From NCBI GenBank assembly GCA_036676355.1, contig JAKFDA010000093.1, forward strand, positions 7,857-71,856: DNA of 64,000 nucleotides, given 5' to 3'. The stretch comes from Nitrosomonadales bacterium. Its GTDB lineage: Bacteria > Pseudomonadota > Gammaproteobacteria > Burkholderiales > SG8-39. Below are positions 9,263 to 17,188 of the stretch, one piece after another. The first letter of the stretch is position 1, and every line of letters begins with the position of its first letter. The notes beneath the pieces were generated by a model, which saw only the letters and a list, made by a program, of their open reading frames with translations, was not told where the DNA came from and searched no databases. Made by a program: the position numbers and the translations under genes.

Positions 9263-10246
9263 CTAAACGGACAGCACGACGCCGAGCACCGCGAGCAGCA
9301 CAATCGCGACGATGACGCCCAGCCAGCGATGGGTGGTGAACCAGAATTGCGCACTCCATGTCAGCGCGCCATGGTCGAACCGTCCGTGCGCACCGCGATC
9401 TTCGCGCACGGGCTGCCAGAGATTGTCCGCACGGTCGTTTTCGATCGGCTCATCGGCCTGCTGTCCTTCGTAGGCCTTGAACGCCAGCATGCGATCGAGA
9501 AAACCGGGCAGCACGCGAGTGCCGAGGATTGCCTGCGCGGCCGGCCAGCCCACCCATAGCTCACGCCGTCGATGCGTCGCCGACCAGTACACGCCTTCGG
9601 CCGCAACTTCCGGCTGAAAGATCTTGCCGAGCGGCTTTGGCTTGTTCGGCATGCAGGTACGGCCCCAATCGAATTGCGGTGTGTTGAACGCCGACAGGTG
9701 CACCATAGTGAGATGCACACGACTGCGGTCGTGGATGAGTTCGCACCGGATCGAGTCGGTAAAGCCGCGCAGCGCGCTTTTGGCGCCGCAGTACGCCGCC
9801 TGCAACGGGATCGACCGGTACGCCAGTGCCGAACCGACCTGCACGATGGTGCCGCGATCGCGGGCTTTCATGCGCTTCAACGCAGCCAGCGTTCCCCACA
9901 CCGCGCCCAGATACGTCACCTCCGTCGCGCGCTTGAAATCCGCCGGATCGGTGCTGAGGAATTCGCAGAAGATCGTTGCCATGGCATCGTTGACCCACAC
10001 ATCGATCGGTCCCCACTCGCGTTCGATCTGCGCGGCCGCCGCCTCGACCGCGGCCTGATCCGCAACGTCGGTCGGGATGGCCATCGCTTCGCCGCCGACG
10101 CGCTCCACATCTTTCTGCGCGCCTTGCAGTCCTTCGGGACTGCGCGCGAGCAAGGCGACGCGCCAGCCGCGCTTGCCGAACGCAACGGCAGTCGCACGGC
10201 CGATGCCGCCCGAGCAACCTGTCACGACAGCGATCTTTGGCATCAT
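9263..10246 (-). CDS. SDR family oxidoreductase with C-terminal membrane anchor
   Basis: MMPKIAVVTGCSGGIGRA, YxxxK (AAYCGAKSA) and a terminal hydrophobic helix WLGVIVAIVLLAVLGVVLSV. Its start lies 2 nt after the stop of the upstream gene. Confidence 0.8.
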   Translation of the reverse strand: MMPKIAVVTGCSGGIGRATAVAFGKRGWRVALLARSPEGLQGAQKDVERVGGEAMAIPTDVADQAAVEAAAAQIEREWGPIDVWVNDAMATIFCEFLSTDPADFKRATEVTYLGAVWGTLAALKRMKARDRGTIVQVGSALAYRSIPLQAAYCGAKSALRGFTDSIRCELIHDRSRVHLTMVHLSAFNTPQFDWGRTCMPNKPKPLGKIFQPEVAAEGVYWSATHRRRELWVGWPAAQAILGTRVLPGFLDRMLAFKAYEGQQADEPIENDRADNLWQPVREDRGAHGRFDHGALTWSAQFWFTTHRWLGVIVAIVLLAVLGVVLSV

Positions 10247-10248
10247 GC

Positions 10249-11706
10249 TCACCAGATGTTGTAGCGATCCCAGCCGTCGTAGTGATTGCGCACCGGGCCG
10301 CGCGGAATGGCGAGCACGATGAGCAATGCCCCGGCGACCATGCTGCCGATCGTGGCGGCCTCGTTTGCACCCTGCAGCACCCACGGCGCGACCACCAGCC
10401 ATGCGCCGAACAGCATGTTGAGCGCACGTGCCGGCCGCACGACTTCGGAATAGCAGGAGATCGAGACGACGATCACCAGTGCGCCGATCAGGTGATCGCT
10501 ATCCGCCATCGCACCTTCGGTGCCGAACAACACGCGCGTGAACATCAGCCACACGCCGATTGCCGCGGACAGCGTCAAGGCCTTGGGCAGCGCGCCGGTC
10601 GCGTGCGCCAGTTGCGCGCGTTTGCCGCTGCCGAGCTGGATGACAGGCTCATTCTGATCCAGTGCGTTCGGCATCGCCCCGCCCTTCCAGAACACCGACC
10701 ATAGCGACTTGCCGTCGCGCCTTGCGCGCAGTATGAATTGCAGCATGGCAAGGATTTCATCAAATGAATAAGGCAGCATGATCACCATCGCCGCAGCCGA
10801 AATGAGGCACAGCGTGCACCAGGTGCCGATCACGATCGGCTGGATGATGATGAAGAAAATGCTCACCCCGCCGAGCGGAATGACGAGCAGGCCGAACATG
10901 GCGACCATCCACGGCATGGTGCGCCAGCGCCGCCGGTCGCCCATCATTCCCGACAGCGCTTCGATCATGTAAGTGACGGCGCCGAGGCCGGCGTCGGCAA
11001 CGGGCCACGCACGCGATACATCGGACGTGATGATGCGACGCGTACCGTCACCGAAGAACGGATCCCATACCGTCGATATATGCCCGAGTTGATAAGCGGT
11101 CATGTAGCGCGCGAGCAAAAAACCGATGAAGGCGAGCGCGATGATCGGCAAACGTTGCGACCAGGTCGACGGCGAGTAATCCCAGCCCGGCGGAATGTAG
11201 CCGCGCTGCATCATGCCTTCCATGCTCATGCCCGGCATCATCGGAATGAGAATCGCGAAGGCGATGGCAAACGTGCCGCTCAGCGTGTCGTTCGCGTACG
11301 AGGCCGCATCTGGCGCCCATAGCAACAACGGCGCGAACAGCAGCCAGATGCCGACGAGGCACGTACCCCACTGCGCATAACGCCATCGCCAGGACAGCGA
11401 CAGCGCACCCAGCATCACCAGCAGCGCGCCGCTGAGCAGATCGCTCCACATCATCCACGCCGCCCGGATTTCCGGTGGCGCGAGATTGCGATCGGCGGTA
11501 ACACGCGCGACTTCGGGGCCGAAGTTAGCGGGCTCGAGATAACCGAGCGTCGCGGGAGAACTCAGCAGCCAGCAGCCCAGCGCGATCGTGCCGAAATGCG
11601 CCCACAGGCGATTCATGTGCCCCCGGCGCATTTCCTTCATGTGCGCTGCCGCTGCGTCGCGGCCCGGCGCGCCGATCGTAACCGGCGAGTCGACGTGCGG
11701 ATTCAC
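10249..11706 (-). CDS. polytopic membrane protein, VKOR-like CxxC core flanked by SPW-repeat-like domains
   Basis: About 12 TM segments, a WCTLCL motif in a TM helix, and SPW-like motifs (LLSSPATLGY, LVVAPWVLQG). The GTG start overlaps the ASRT stop (GTGA). Confidence 0.6.
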   Translation of the reverse strand: MNPHVDSPVTIGAPGRDAAAAHMKEMRRGHMNRLWAHFGTIALGCWLLSSPATLGYLEPANFGPEVARVTADRNLAPPEIRAAWMMWSDLLSGALLVMLGALSLSWRWRYAQWGTCLVGIWLLFAPLLLWAPDAASYANDTLSGTFAIAFAILIPMMPGMSMEGMMQRGYIPPGWDYSPSTWSQRLPIIALAFIGFLLARYMTAYQLGHISTVWDPFFGDGTRRIITSDVSRAWPVADAGLGAVTYMIEALSGMMGDRRRWRTMPWMVAMFGLLVIPLGGVSIFFIIIQPIVIGTWCTLCLISAAAMVIMLPYSFDEILAMLQFILRARRDGKSLWSVFWKGGAMPNALDQNEPVIQLGSGKRAQLAHATGALPKALTLSAAIGVWLMFTRVLFGTEGAMADSDHLIGALVIVVSISCYSEVVRPARALNMLFGAWLVVAPWVLQGANEAATIGSMVAGALLIVLAIPRGPVRNHYDGWDRYNIW

Positions 11707-12080
11707 GCGTCGGCCGAAAACGCAATCGTGCTCAACAACGCCAGTTCGGCATGCCTCGAATCGAGGCGCGTGTGCTGGACCACGATCGGCACGTCGGATT
11801 CAATCACGCTCGCATAATCCGTATCGGCCCGGATGGGCTCCGGGTCTTGCAGATCGTTGAAGCGCAGATGCAGGGTACGACGCGCCGGCACGCTGATTTT
11901 ATACGGGCCGACCGGGTCGCGATCGGTATAAAAGACGGTGATCTCCACGTTGGCCGCCCGGTCGCTCGCATTGAGCAGGCAGGCCGTTTCGTGACTCACC
12001 AGGCGCGGATCGGTTTGACCGGTAGAGAGTGGGATATAGCCCTCGGCAATCGCCCAACGCAATTTTCCGATCGGTTGCAT
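11703..12080 (-). CDS. sensory rhodopsin transducer (ASRT) family protein
   Basis: MQPIGKLRWAIAEGYIP..SHETACLLNA..VEITVFYTDRDPVGPY..VPARRTLHLRFNDL..DYASVIESDVPIVVQHTRLDSR..LLSTIAF closely parallels, from my recollection, the Anabaena ASRT sequence. 125 aa. Confidence 0.85.
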   Translation of the reverse strand: MQPIGKLRWAIAEGYIPLSTGQTDPRLVSHETACLLNASDRAANVEITVFYTDRDPVGPYKISVPARRTLHLRFNDLQDPEPIRADTDYASVIESDVPIVVQHTRLDSRHAELALLSTIAFSADA

Positions 12081-12114
12081 GTCGGCCTCGTGAAGCAATG
12101 AACATGCACGGGCT

Positions 12115-12130
12115 TGCAGATAGCGTGCCG
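12115..12130 (-). promoter_or_regulatory. candidate sigma-54 promoter CGGCAC-gctat-CTGCA (ASRT operon)
   Basis: Exact -24/-12 spacing. The -12 GC is 36 nt upstream of the ATG at 12080, with gagg RBS in between. Confidence 0.6.
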
Positions 12131-12186
12131 TCGCTCCGACGATTCGCGCATCGCGCGCTTCGGCAGAACGCATCGTCCCGCGCGGT

Positions 12187-12202
12187 GGGCCCGCCGTTTG
12201 CG
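12187..12202 (+). promoter_or_regulatory. candidate sigma-54 promoter GGGCCC-gccgt-TTGCG (yqhA-like gene)
   Basis: GG-N10-GC spacing, 40 nt upstream of the ATG at 12241, divergent from the ASRT promoter. The -24 half is weaker (CCC for CAC). Confidence 0.4.
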
Positions 12203-12240
12203 TGGCGCCTGCCAACTCACGGCGCGCGTCCACCTCTCGC

Positions 12241-12888
12241 ATGAAATCGACCGACGACGGGCACGACTCTTCTTTCGCCAAGGCAATCGGCCGCTCGCGC
12301 ATGATTGTCATCGTGGCCGTCATTGCGGTGCTGCTGGCGGCCTTCTCGCTTTTTCTGCTCGGCGCGGTCATCGCGCTGGAGACGATTTACACTTCGTGGC
12401 AAGGCGTGCTGAGCGGCCATCTCGGCCCGACCGACCTCACCGTACGTTTTCTGGAAATCGTATCGGTGATGCTGAAGGCGGTCGTCTTCTATCTTATCGG
12501 CGTCGGTTTTTACAGCCTGTTCATTTCGCCGCTCAACCTCACCATTGCGCTGGGCGTCGAAACGCTCAACGATCTGGAAACCAAAATCATCAGCGTGGTT
12601 ATCGTCATCATGGCGGTCCACTTCCTGCAGCAGTTCATCCAGCAGAAATCCGCAATGGACATCCTGCTCGCCGCCGGCGCGCTCAGCGTGGTCACCGTTG
12701 CGCTCGTCTTCTTCAAGATCCACGCGCACCGCGAAGCCAGGGAGATCAAGGAGGAGCGCACGCTTGCGCAAGAGCGTGCGCGCGAGGAAATGTTCCAGAA
12801 CGCGCATGAAGAGCACGACGTGAAGCAGGGAGACGATGCCGATGCGCAGGCAAGCGCCGCATCGCGAGCGGATGACCCACAACACTGA
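12241..12888 (+). CDS. YqhA/UPF0114-like inner membrane protein with acidic/charged C-terminal tail
   Basis: Three to four TM helices with the pattern LEIVSVMLKAVVFYLIGVGFYSLFISPL..LETKIISVVIVIMAVHFL. Start taken at the ATG at 12241, downstream of the candidate promoter. Confidence 0.55.
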   Translation: MKSTDDGHDSSFAKAIGRSRMIVIVAVIAVLLAAFSLFLLGAVIALETIYTSWQGVLSGHLGPTDLTVRFLEIVSVMLKAVVFYLIGVGFYSLFISPLNLTIALGVETLNDLETKIISVVIVIMAVHFLQQFIQQKSAMDILLAAGALSVVTVALVFFKIHAHREAREIKEERTLAQERAREEMFQNAHEEHDVKQGDDADAQASAASRADDPQH

Positions 12889-12896
12889 TACAGCCG

Positions 12897-13796
12897 TCAC
12901 GCTTGCAGCGGTGTATTCGCCGCTTTGATCCGGTGCCAGACGAGGAACAGCGCCACGAGCAGATAAACAGCACCGGCCGGCACCCACATGATCAGTCCGC
13001 CGAGTTGCTGATCGCTCAGCGCATCCATACCGGTCGCCTGCGCATAGCGCAAATACGGCGCATACCAGACGCTCGGCGCGAAGGTCAGCAAGGCGCCGAG
13101 AAGACCGGTGTGAATCATCGTCGTCAAGAGCGACAGCAATGCGCCACCATGCGTGCGGCGCGGGTCACGGCCAAGAATCGTCCACCAGAACACGAGCGCC
13201 GCGGCGAGGAAGCTCAGGTGCTGCCATGTATGCGTGGTCTCATCGACCAGCGCCGCATTGAACAGCGCCGGCGCGTGCCACACCCATAACACAAGCGCGT
13301 GCAGCACCCAGGCGCTCAACGGCGCCGTCAGCAAGGTCCACGCCGAAGCGAATGGCGCCTGGCGCGTCGCGCGCCCGACAGCACGCCGCCATGTATGCGG
13401 CAGCCCCCACGTCCATGCCGCGAGTGGACGGCTGATGACGAACAGCGGCGCCGCAACGAGCATGAGCATTTCATGCTGCACCATGTGCGCGGCGAAAAAA
13501 CGCCCACCCAGTGCATCCAGTGGCGAAACCAGCGCCACGACAAGTGATAGCCACCCTGCGATGAAAGCGCCGAGCTGCCTGACGCCCAGGCCGCGCCCGC
13601 GCCCCGCTCGCCGCCACAATTGCGCGATGCCGACGGCGTAAAAGGCGGCACTGAGAATCAGCGGGATGACGACCGGATAATCGAAGGTCCACATTGCACC
13701 GGGCGCAACGGCCAGAGTCCCCTCGACATGCGCATGGCCGACGCTTGAAAGCAGCAACATCAGCACCACTGCGAAGCTCTTTACAGGCATCGGCAA
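12897..13796 (-). CDS. ctaG: cytochrome c oxidase assembly protein CtaG (Caa3_CtaG family)
   Basis: Signal-like N-terminus and multi-TM body with FAAHMVQHEMLMLVAAPL and WVWHAP motifs. Start is TTG at 13796 or ATG at 13790. Confidence 0.8.
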   Translation of the reverse strand: MPMPVKSFAVVLMLLLSSVGHAHVEGTLAVAPGAMWTFDYPVVIPLILSAAFYAVGIAQLWRRAGRGRGLGVRQLGAFIAGWLSLVVALVSPLDALGGRFFAAHMVQHEMLMLVAAPLFVISRPLAAWTWGLPHTWRRAVGRATRQAPFASAWTLLTAPLSAWVLHALVLWVWHAPALFNAALVDETTHTWQHLSFLAAALVFWWTILGRDPRRTHGGALLSLLTTMIHTGLLGALLTFAPSVWYAPYLRYAQATGMDALSDQQLGGLIMWVPAGAVYLLVALFLVWHRIKAANTPLQA

Positions 13797-13834
13797 GTCA
13801 CTCGGCCGGAAGGCATCGACGACTCGGCCCGGTC

Positions 13835-13850
13835 CGCAAGCGCCATGCCC
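13835..13850 (-). promoter_or_regulatory. candidate sigma-54 promoter GGGCAT-ggcgc-TTGCG (ctaG)
   Basis: Exact spacing, 40 nt upstream of the start at 13796. Identical at 15 of 16 positions to the box at 26846..26861. Confidence 0.6.
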
Positions 13851-13918
13851 GCGACTGCCGCGCCAAAGCAGGTCCGTTCCTTTCTTTGCGATTCGAACCG
13901 CTTCCGATCCGACGCACT

Positions 13919-14281
13919 TTGAAGGCTTCCCTTTTTGCCGGTCTGGTAATCGCCTGCGCGACGCTCGCCGCGTGTGATCGTCCGGCGCAGGACATCGCCA
14001 AAGCCGATGCCGAACGCGGTCGCCTGCTGCTCTGGCAGTTCGGCTGCGGCAGCTGCCATCGCATCGGAGGCGTCGTCGGCGCGGTCGGCGAAGTCGGCCC
14101 GCCGCTCGATGGTGTCACAGCGCGCGTCTATATCGCGGGTGTGCTGGCCAATACGCCGGAAAACCTCATCCGCTGGATTCAGTCGCCGCAGCAAATCGAT
14201 CCGCTGACGGCCATGCCGGACATGGGCGTCAGCGCCGAACAGGCGCGTGACATGGTCGCGTTTCTGCAAAGTCGGCGATGA
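13919..14281 (+). CDS. monoheme cytochrome c lipoprotein
   Basis: TTG start gives MKASLFAGLVIACATLAAC (lipobox), and there is one CGSCH heme site. Its stop overlaps the next start. Confidence 0.7.
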   Translation: MKASLFAGLVIACATLAACDRPAQDIAKADAERGRLLLWQFGCGSCHRIGGVVGAVGEVGPPLDGVTARVYIAGVLANTPENLIRWIQSPQQIDPLTAMPDMGVSAEQARDMVAFLQSRR

Positions 14282-15147
14282 GCATTCGCCGCCTCGTCCA
14301 ACTATTGATTGCGCTCGCCGTACTGGCGACAGCGGCAAGCGCCGCGGTGATCTACTTCGGCTTATACAACGTCGCGGCGACGGAACAACACACCGCGCCG
14401 GTGTACTGGCTGTTGAACACATCGTTGAAGCAAGCGGCGGAACAACGCGCGAAGGATATCGTGCTGCCGGCACTGGATGACAAGCAGCGCATCGAGCGCG
14501 GATTCGACCTTTATCGTGAGCATTGCGTGAACTGCCACGGTGCGCCCGGCGTAGCGCCGGACGCCTTTGCGCTCGGCATGACCCCCGTGCCGGCCAATCT
14601 CGCGCTCACGGCAAAACACTGGCCCGCGAAACGGATGTACTGGGTGGTGCGCTACGGCATCAAGATGACCGGCATGCCGGCGTGGGAATTTCGTCTGCGC
14701 GAGGAAGAACTGTGGGATCTCGTGGCTTTCCTCATGACGCTGCCGAATATTTCACCACTGGACTATGCGGCCGGCGTGAGAAATGCGGCAACGAGGCAAG
14801 GGCCGCTCAAACCCATGCAGACGCAGGCACGCAAAGACGCCGTAACGTCCGAACCCGCCGCAATGCATGGCGATGCGGCACGCGGCAAGTTCGCACTGCA
14901 GCAGTACGCCTGCGTCACCTGTCACGAGATTCCCGGCGTGGTCGGCGCGATTCATGCGGTCGGCCCACCGCTCGAGGGTATGGCAACGCGCGGGTTCATC
15001 GGCGGCGTGTTGCCCAATACGCGCCAAAACATGGTGCGCTGGCTGCGCGACCCGCAAGCCGTCGATGCGCGCACGGCCATGCCCAATCTCGGTGTGACGG
15101 AACGGGACGCGCATGATCTCGCCGCATTTCTCGAGACGCTCAAATGA
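14278..15147 (+). CDS. diheme cytochrome c, membrane anchored
   Basis: N-terminal TM segment and CVNCH and CVTCH heme sites. The C-terminal domain is paralogous to the preceding gene. Confidence 0.8.
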   Translation: MSIRRLVQLLIALAVLATAASAAVIYFGLYNVAATEQHTAPVYWLLNTSLKQAAEQRAKDIVLPALDDKQRIERGFDLYREHCVNCHGAPGVAPDAFALGMTPVPANLALTAKHWPAKRMYWVVRYGIKMTGMPAWEFRLREEELWDLVAFLMTLPNISPLDYAAGVRNAATRQGPLKPMQTQARKDAVTSEPAAMHGDAARGKFALQQYACVTCHEIPGVVGAIHAVGPPLEGMATRGFIGGVLPNTRQNMVRWLRDPQAVDARTAMPNLGVTERDAHDLAAFLETLK

Positions 15148-16115
15148 AAGGCGCGCTGTGCGCGCTGCTGTTGCTGCCCGGTTGCCGCGGCGCGCAGCAC
15201 GTTCTCGATCCACGCGGCCCGCAAGCGCAGGTCATGGCAGATATAAGCTGGTTGCTGTACATCAGCGCCGCGCTAATTTTTCTTGTCGTGATGGCGATCG
15301 CCGCCTATGCCGTGTTCGGTCCCGCACACAAACGCGCGCGGCTTGCCCATCGCGGTCTGATCATCGGCGGCGGCATCACCTTTCCGATCGTCGCGCTTAC
15401 CGCGCTGATGATTTACGTTTTCGCCGGCGCGCCCGATCTGCTCCATCGAGGCAAGCCGATGCTGCACATCGAGGTCGTCGGCGAACAGTTCTGGTGGCGC
15501 GTGCTTTATCTCGACAAGAACGGCAGGCCGCAACTTGAAACCGCGAACGAGATTCATATTCCCGTCGGCGTAACGGTGGAATTGCGCTTGCGCTCCGCCG
15601 ACGTCATTCACAGCTTCTGGGTGCCCAGCCTGCACGGCAAGCTCGACATGATTCCCGGTCATGTCAACACCATGCGCATGCAGGCCGATCGCGCAGGCGT
15701 GTCTCGCGGCCAATGCGCAGAGTACTGCGGCGCGCAGCACGCCAAAATGGCGTTCCTTGTCATTGCACTCGAACCGGCCCGCTTCGACCAGTGGTTCGCG
15801 GCACAGATGCAGTCCGCACACGCGCCCGCGACGGCGCAGCTACGGCGTGGTCAGGAATTATTCATGTCGACCGGCTGCGTCACGTGTCACACGGTGCGCG
15901 GCACTGACGCAAGGGGCGTCATTGGTCCCGATCTCACGCATATCGGCAGTCGCCGCACGATCGGCGCCGGGCTCTTCCCGAATACGGTCGGTGCGCTGGG
16001 CGGCTGGATCGCCGACAGTCAGGCGCTCAAACCCGGCAACCGCATGCCGGCTTTCTCGGACCTGAAGGGCGAAGAACTGCGCGCGCTCGCCGCCTATATG
16101 GAAAGCCTTCAATGA
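15144..16115 (+). CDS. coxB: cytochrome c oxidase subunit II fused to a cytochrome c domain (caa3 type)
   Basis: CuA motif HSFWVPSLHGKLDMIPG...CAEYCGAQHAKM followed by a C-terminal CVTCH domain. Confidence 0.85.
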   Translation: MKGALCALLLLPGCRGAQHVLDPRGPQAQVMADISWLLYISAALIFLVVMAIAAYAVFGPAHKRARLAHRGLIIGGGITFPIVALTALMIYVFAGAPDLLHRGKPMLHIEVVGEQFWWRVLYLDKNGRPQLETANEIHIPVGVTVELRLRSADVIHSFWVPSLHGKLDMIPGHVNTMRMQADRAGVSRGQCAEYCGAQHAKMAFLVIALEPARFDQWFAAQMQSAHAPATAQLRRGQELFMSTGCVTCHTVRGTDARGVIGPDLTHIGSRRTIGAGLFPNTVGALGGWIADSQALKPGNRMPAFSDLKGEELRALAAYMESLQ

Positions 16116-16132
16116 AAGCGGTGAGCTGAGCG

Positions 16133-17188
16133 ATGGAATGGCTCGATTTCAAAAGTCACCCGCTCGCGCTGAATTTCGCGGTATTCGCAGCCGCCGGCCT
16201 CGTTGTATGGATTTCGGGCATACGACTGTCGCGCTACGCATCGACGATCGCCCACCGCACCGGCATCGGCCAGGCAGTGATCGGCATGGTGCTGCTCGGC
16301 GGCATCACTTCGCTGCCGGAGATCGCCGTGGCGGTAACGTCCGCGCTCGCCAATGTCGCGCCACTCGCGGTGAACAATCTGCTCGGCGGCGTCGCCATGC
16401 AAATCACCTTTTTAGCCGTCGCCGATGCACTGCTGGGGCGCGAGGCGTTGACGCACGTCGTGGCCAAGCCCGGCGTCCTGCTGCAAGGGGCGCTGGCGAT
16501 CCTGATGCTTGGCTTGGTGGCGGCTGCAGTGATGGTGGGCGACCGGCCGCTGTTCAATATCGGTGCATGGTGTTGGGGAATTCTGGGCACCTACTGCATC
16601 GCGGTGTGGATGGTTTCCAAGGAACGCAACGCCTGGGTGCCCAGCGGTGCATCGGGAGGTTCCGCCCTCGATATGGGACAAGGGATCGGCAATACGGGGC
16701 ACGGCACGGAGAGGTTTAGCGGGCGCACGGTGCTGATGCGCACGATCATCGCCGCGGCTTTCATTCTCGCTGCAGGTTTCGTGCTCTCTCGCACCGGCGA
16801 GGCCATCGCCGAAAAGACCGCGCTCGGCGCGAGCTTCGTCGGCGCCGTCCTGCTGGCGCTGTGTACCTCGCTTCCGGAAATCAGCACGGTTTACAGCTTG
16901 GTACGAATGCGCCGCTACGTTATGGCAGTGTCGGAAATGTTCGGCACCGGCATGTTCAATGTCGCTCTGCTGTTCGTGGTCGATGCGGTGTATCGAGGCG
17001 GGCCCGTGCTCAACGAGGTGGGCCGCTTCTCCGGTTTCGCCGCACTGCTCGGCATCGCGCTGATTACCATGTTCATGGTCGGTTTGATCGAGCGACGGGA
17101 CAAAACCGTGTTACGCATGGGTATTGATTCGCTTGCCGCGCTGCTGATCTATTTCGGCGGCCTGGTCGTCCTTTATCGGCTGCGATGA
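16133..17188 (+). CDS. CaCA (Na+/Ca2+ exchanger) family cation antiporter
   Basis: Two alpha-repeat-like motifs GITSLPEIAVAVTS and CTSLPEISTVYS, about 10 TM segments. Its stop overlaps the coxA start (ATGA). Confidence 0.75.
   Translation: MEWLDFKSHPLALNFAVFAAAGLVVWISGIRLSRYASTIAHRTGIGQAVIGMVLLGGITSLPEIAVAVTSALANVAPLAVNNLLGGVAMQITFLAVADALLGREALTHVVAKPGVLLQGALAILMLGLVAAAVMVGDRPLFNIGAWCWGILGTYCIAVWMVSKERNAWVPSGASGGSALDMGQGIGNTGHGTERFSGRTVLMRTIIAAAFILAAGFVLSRTGEAIAEKTALGASFVGAVLLALCTSLPEISTVYSLVRMRRYVMAVSEMFGTGMFNVALLFVVDAVYRGGPVLNEVGRFSGFAALLGIALITMFMVGLIERRDKTVLRMGIDSLAALLIYFGGLVVLYRLR

Noticed and set aside
12202-12240. GTG start at 12202 for the YqhA-like gene
   Set aside because: It would place the start codon inside the candidate promoter box and adds a non-conserved Arg/Ser-rich leader. 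ATG at 12241 is preferred, though this is not proven.
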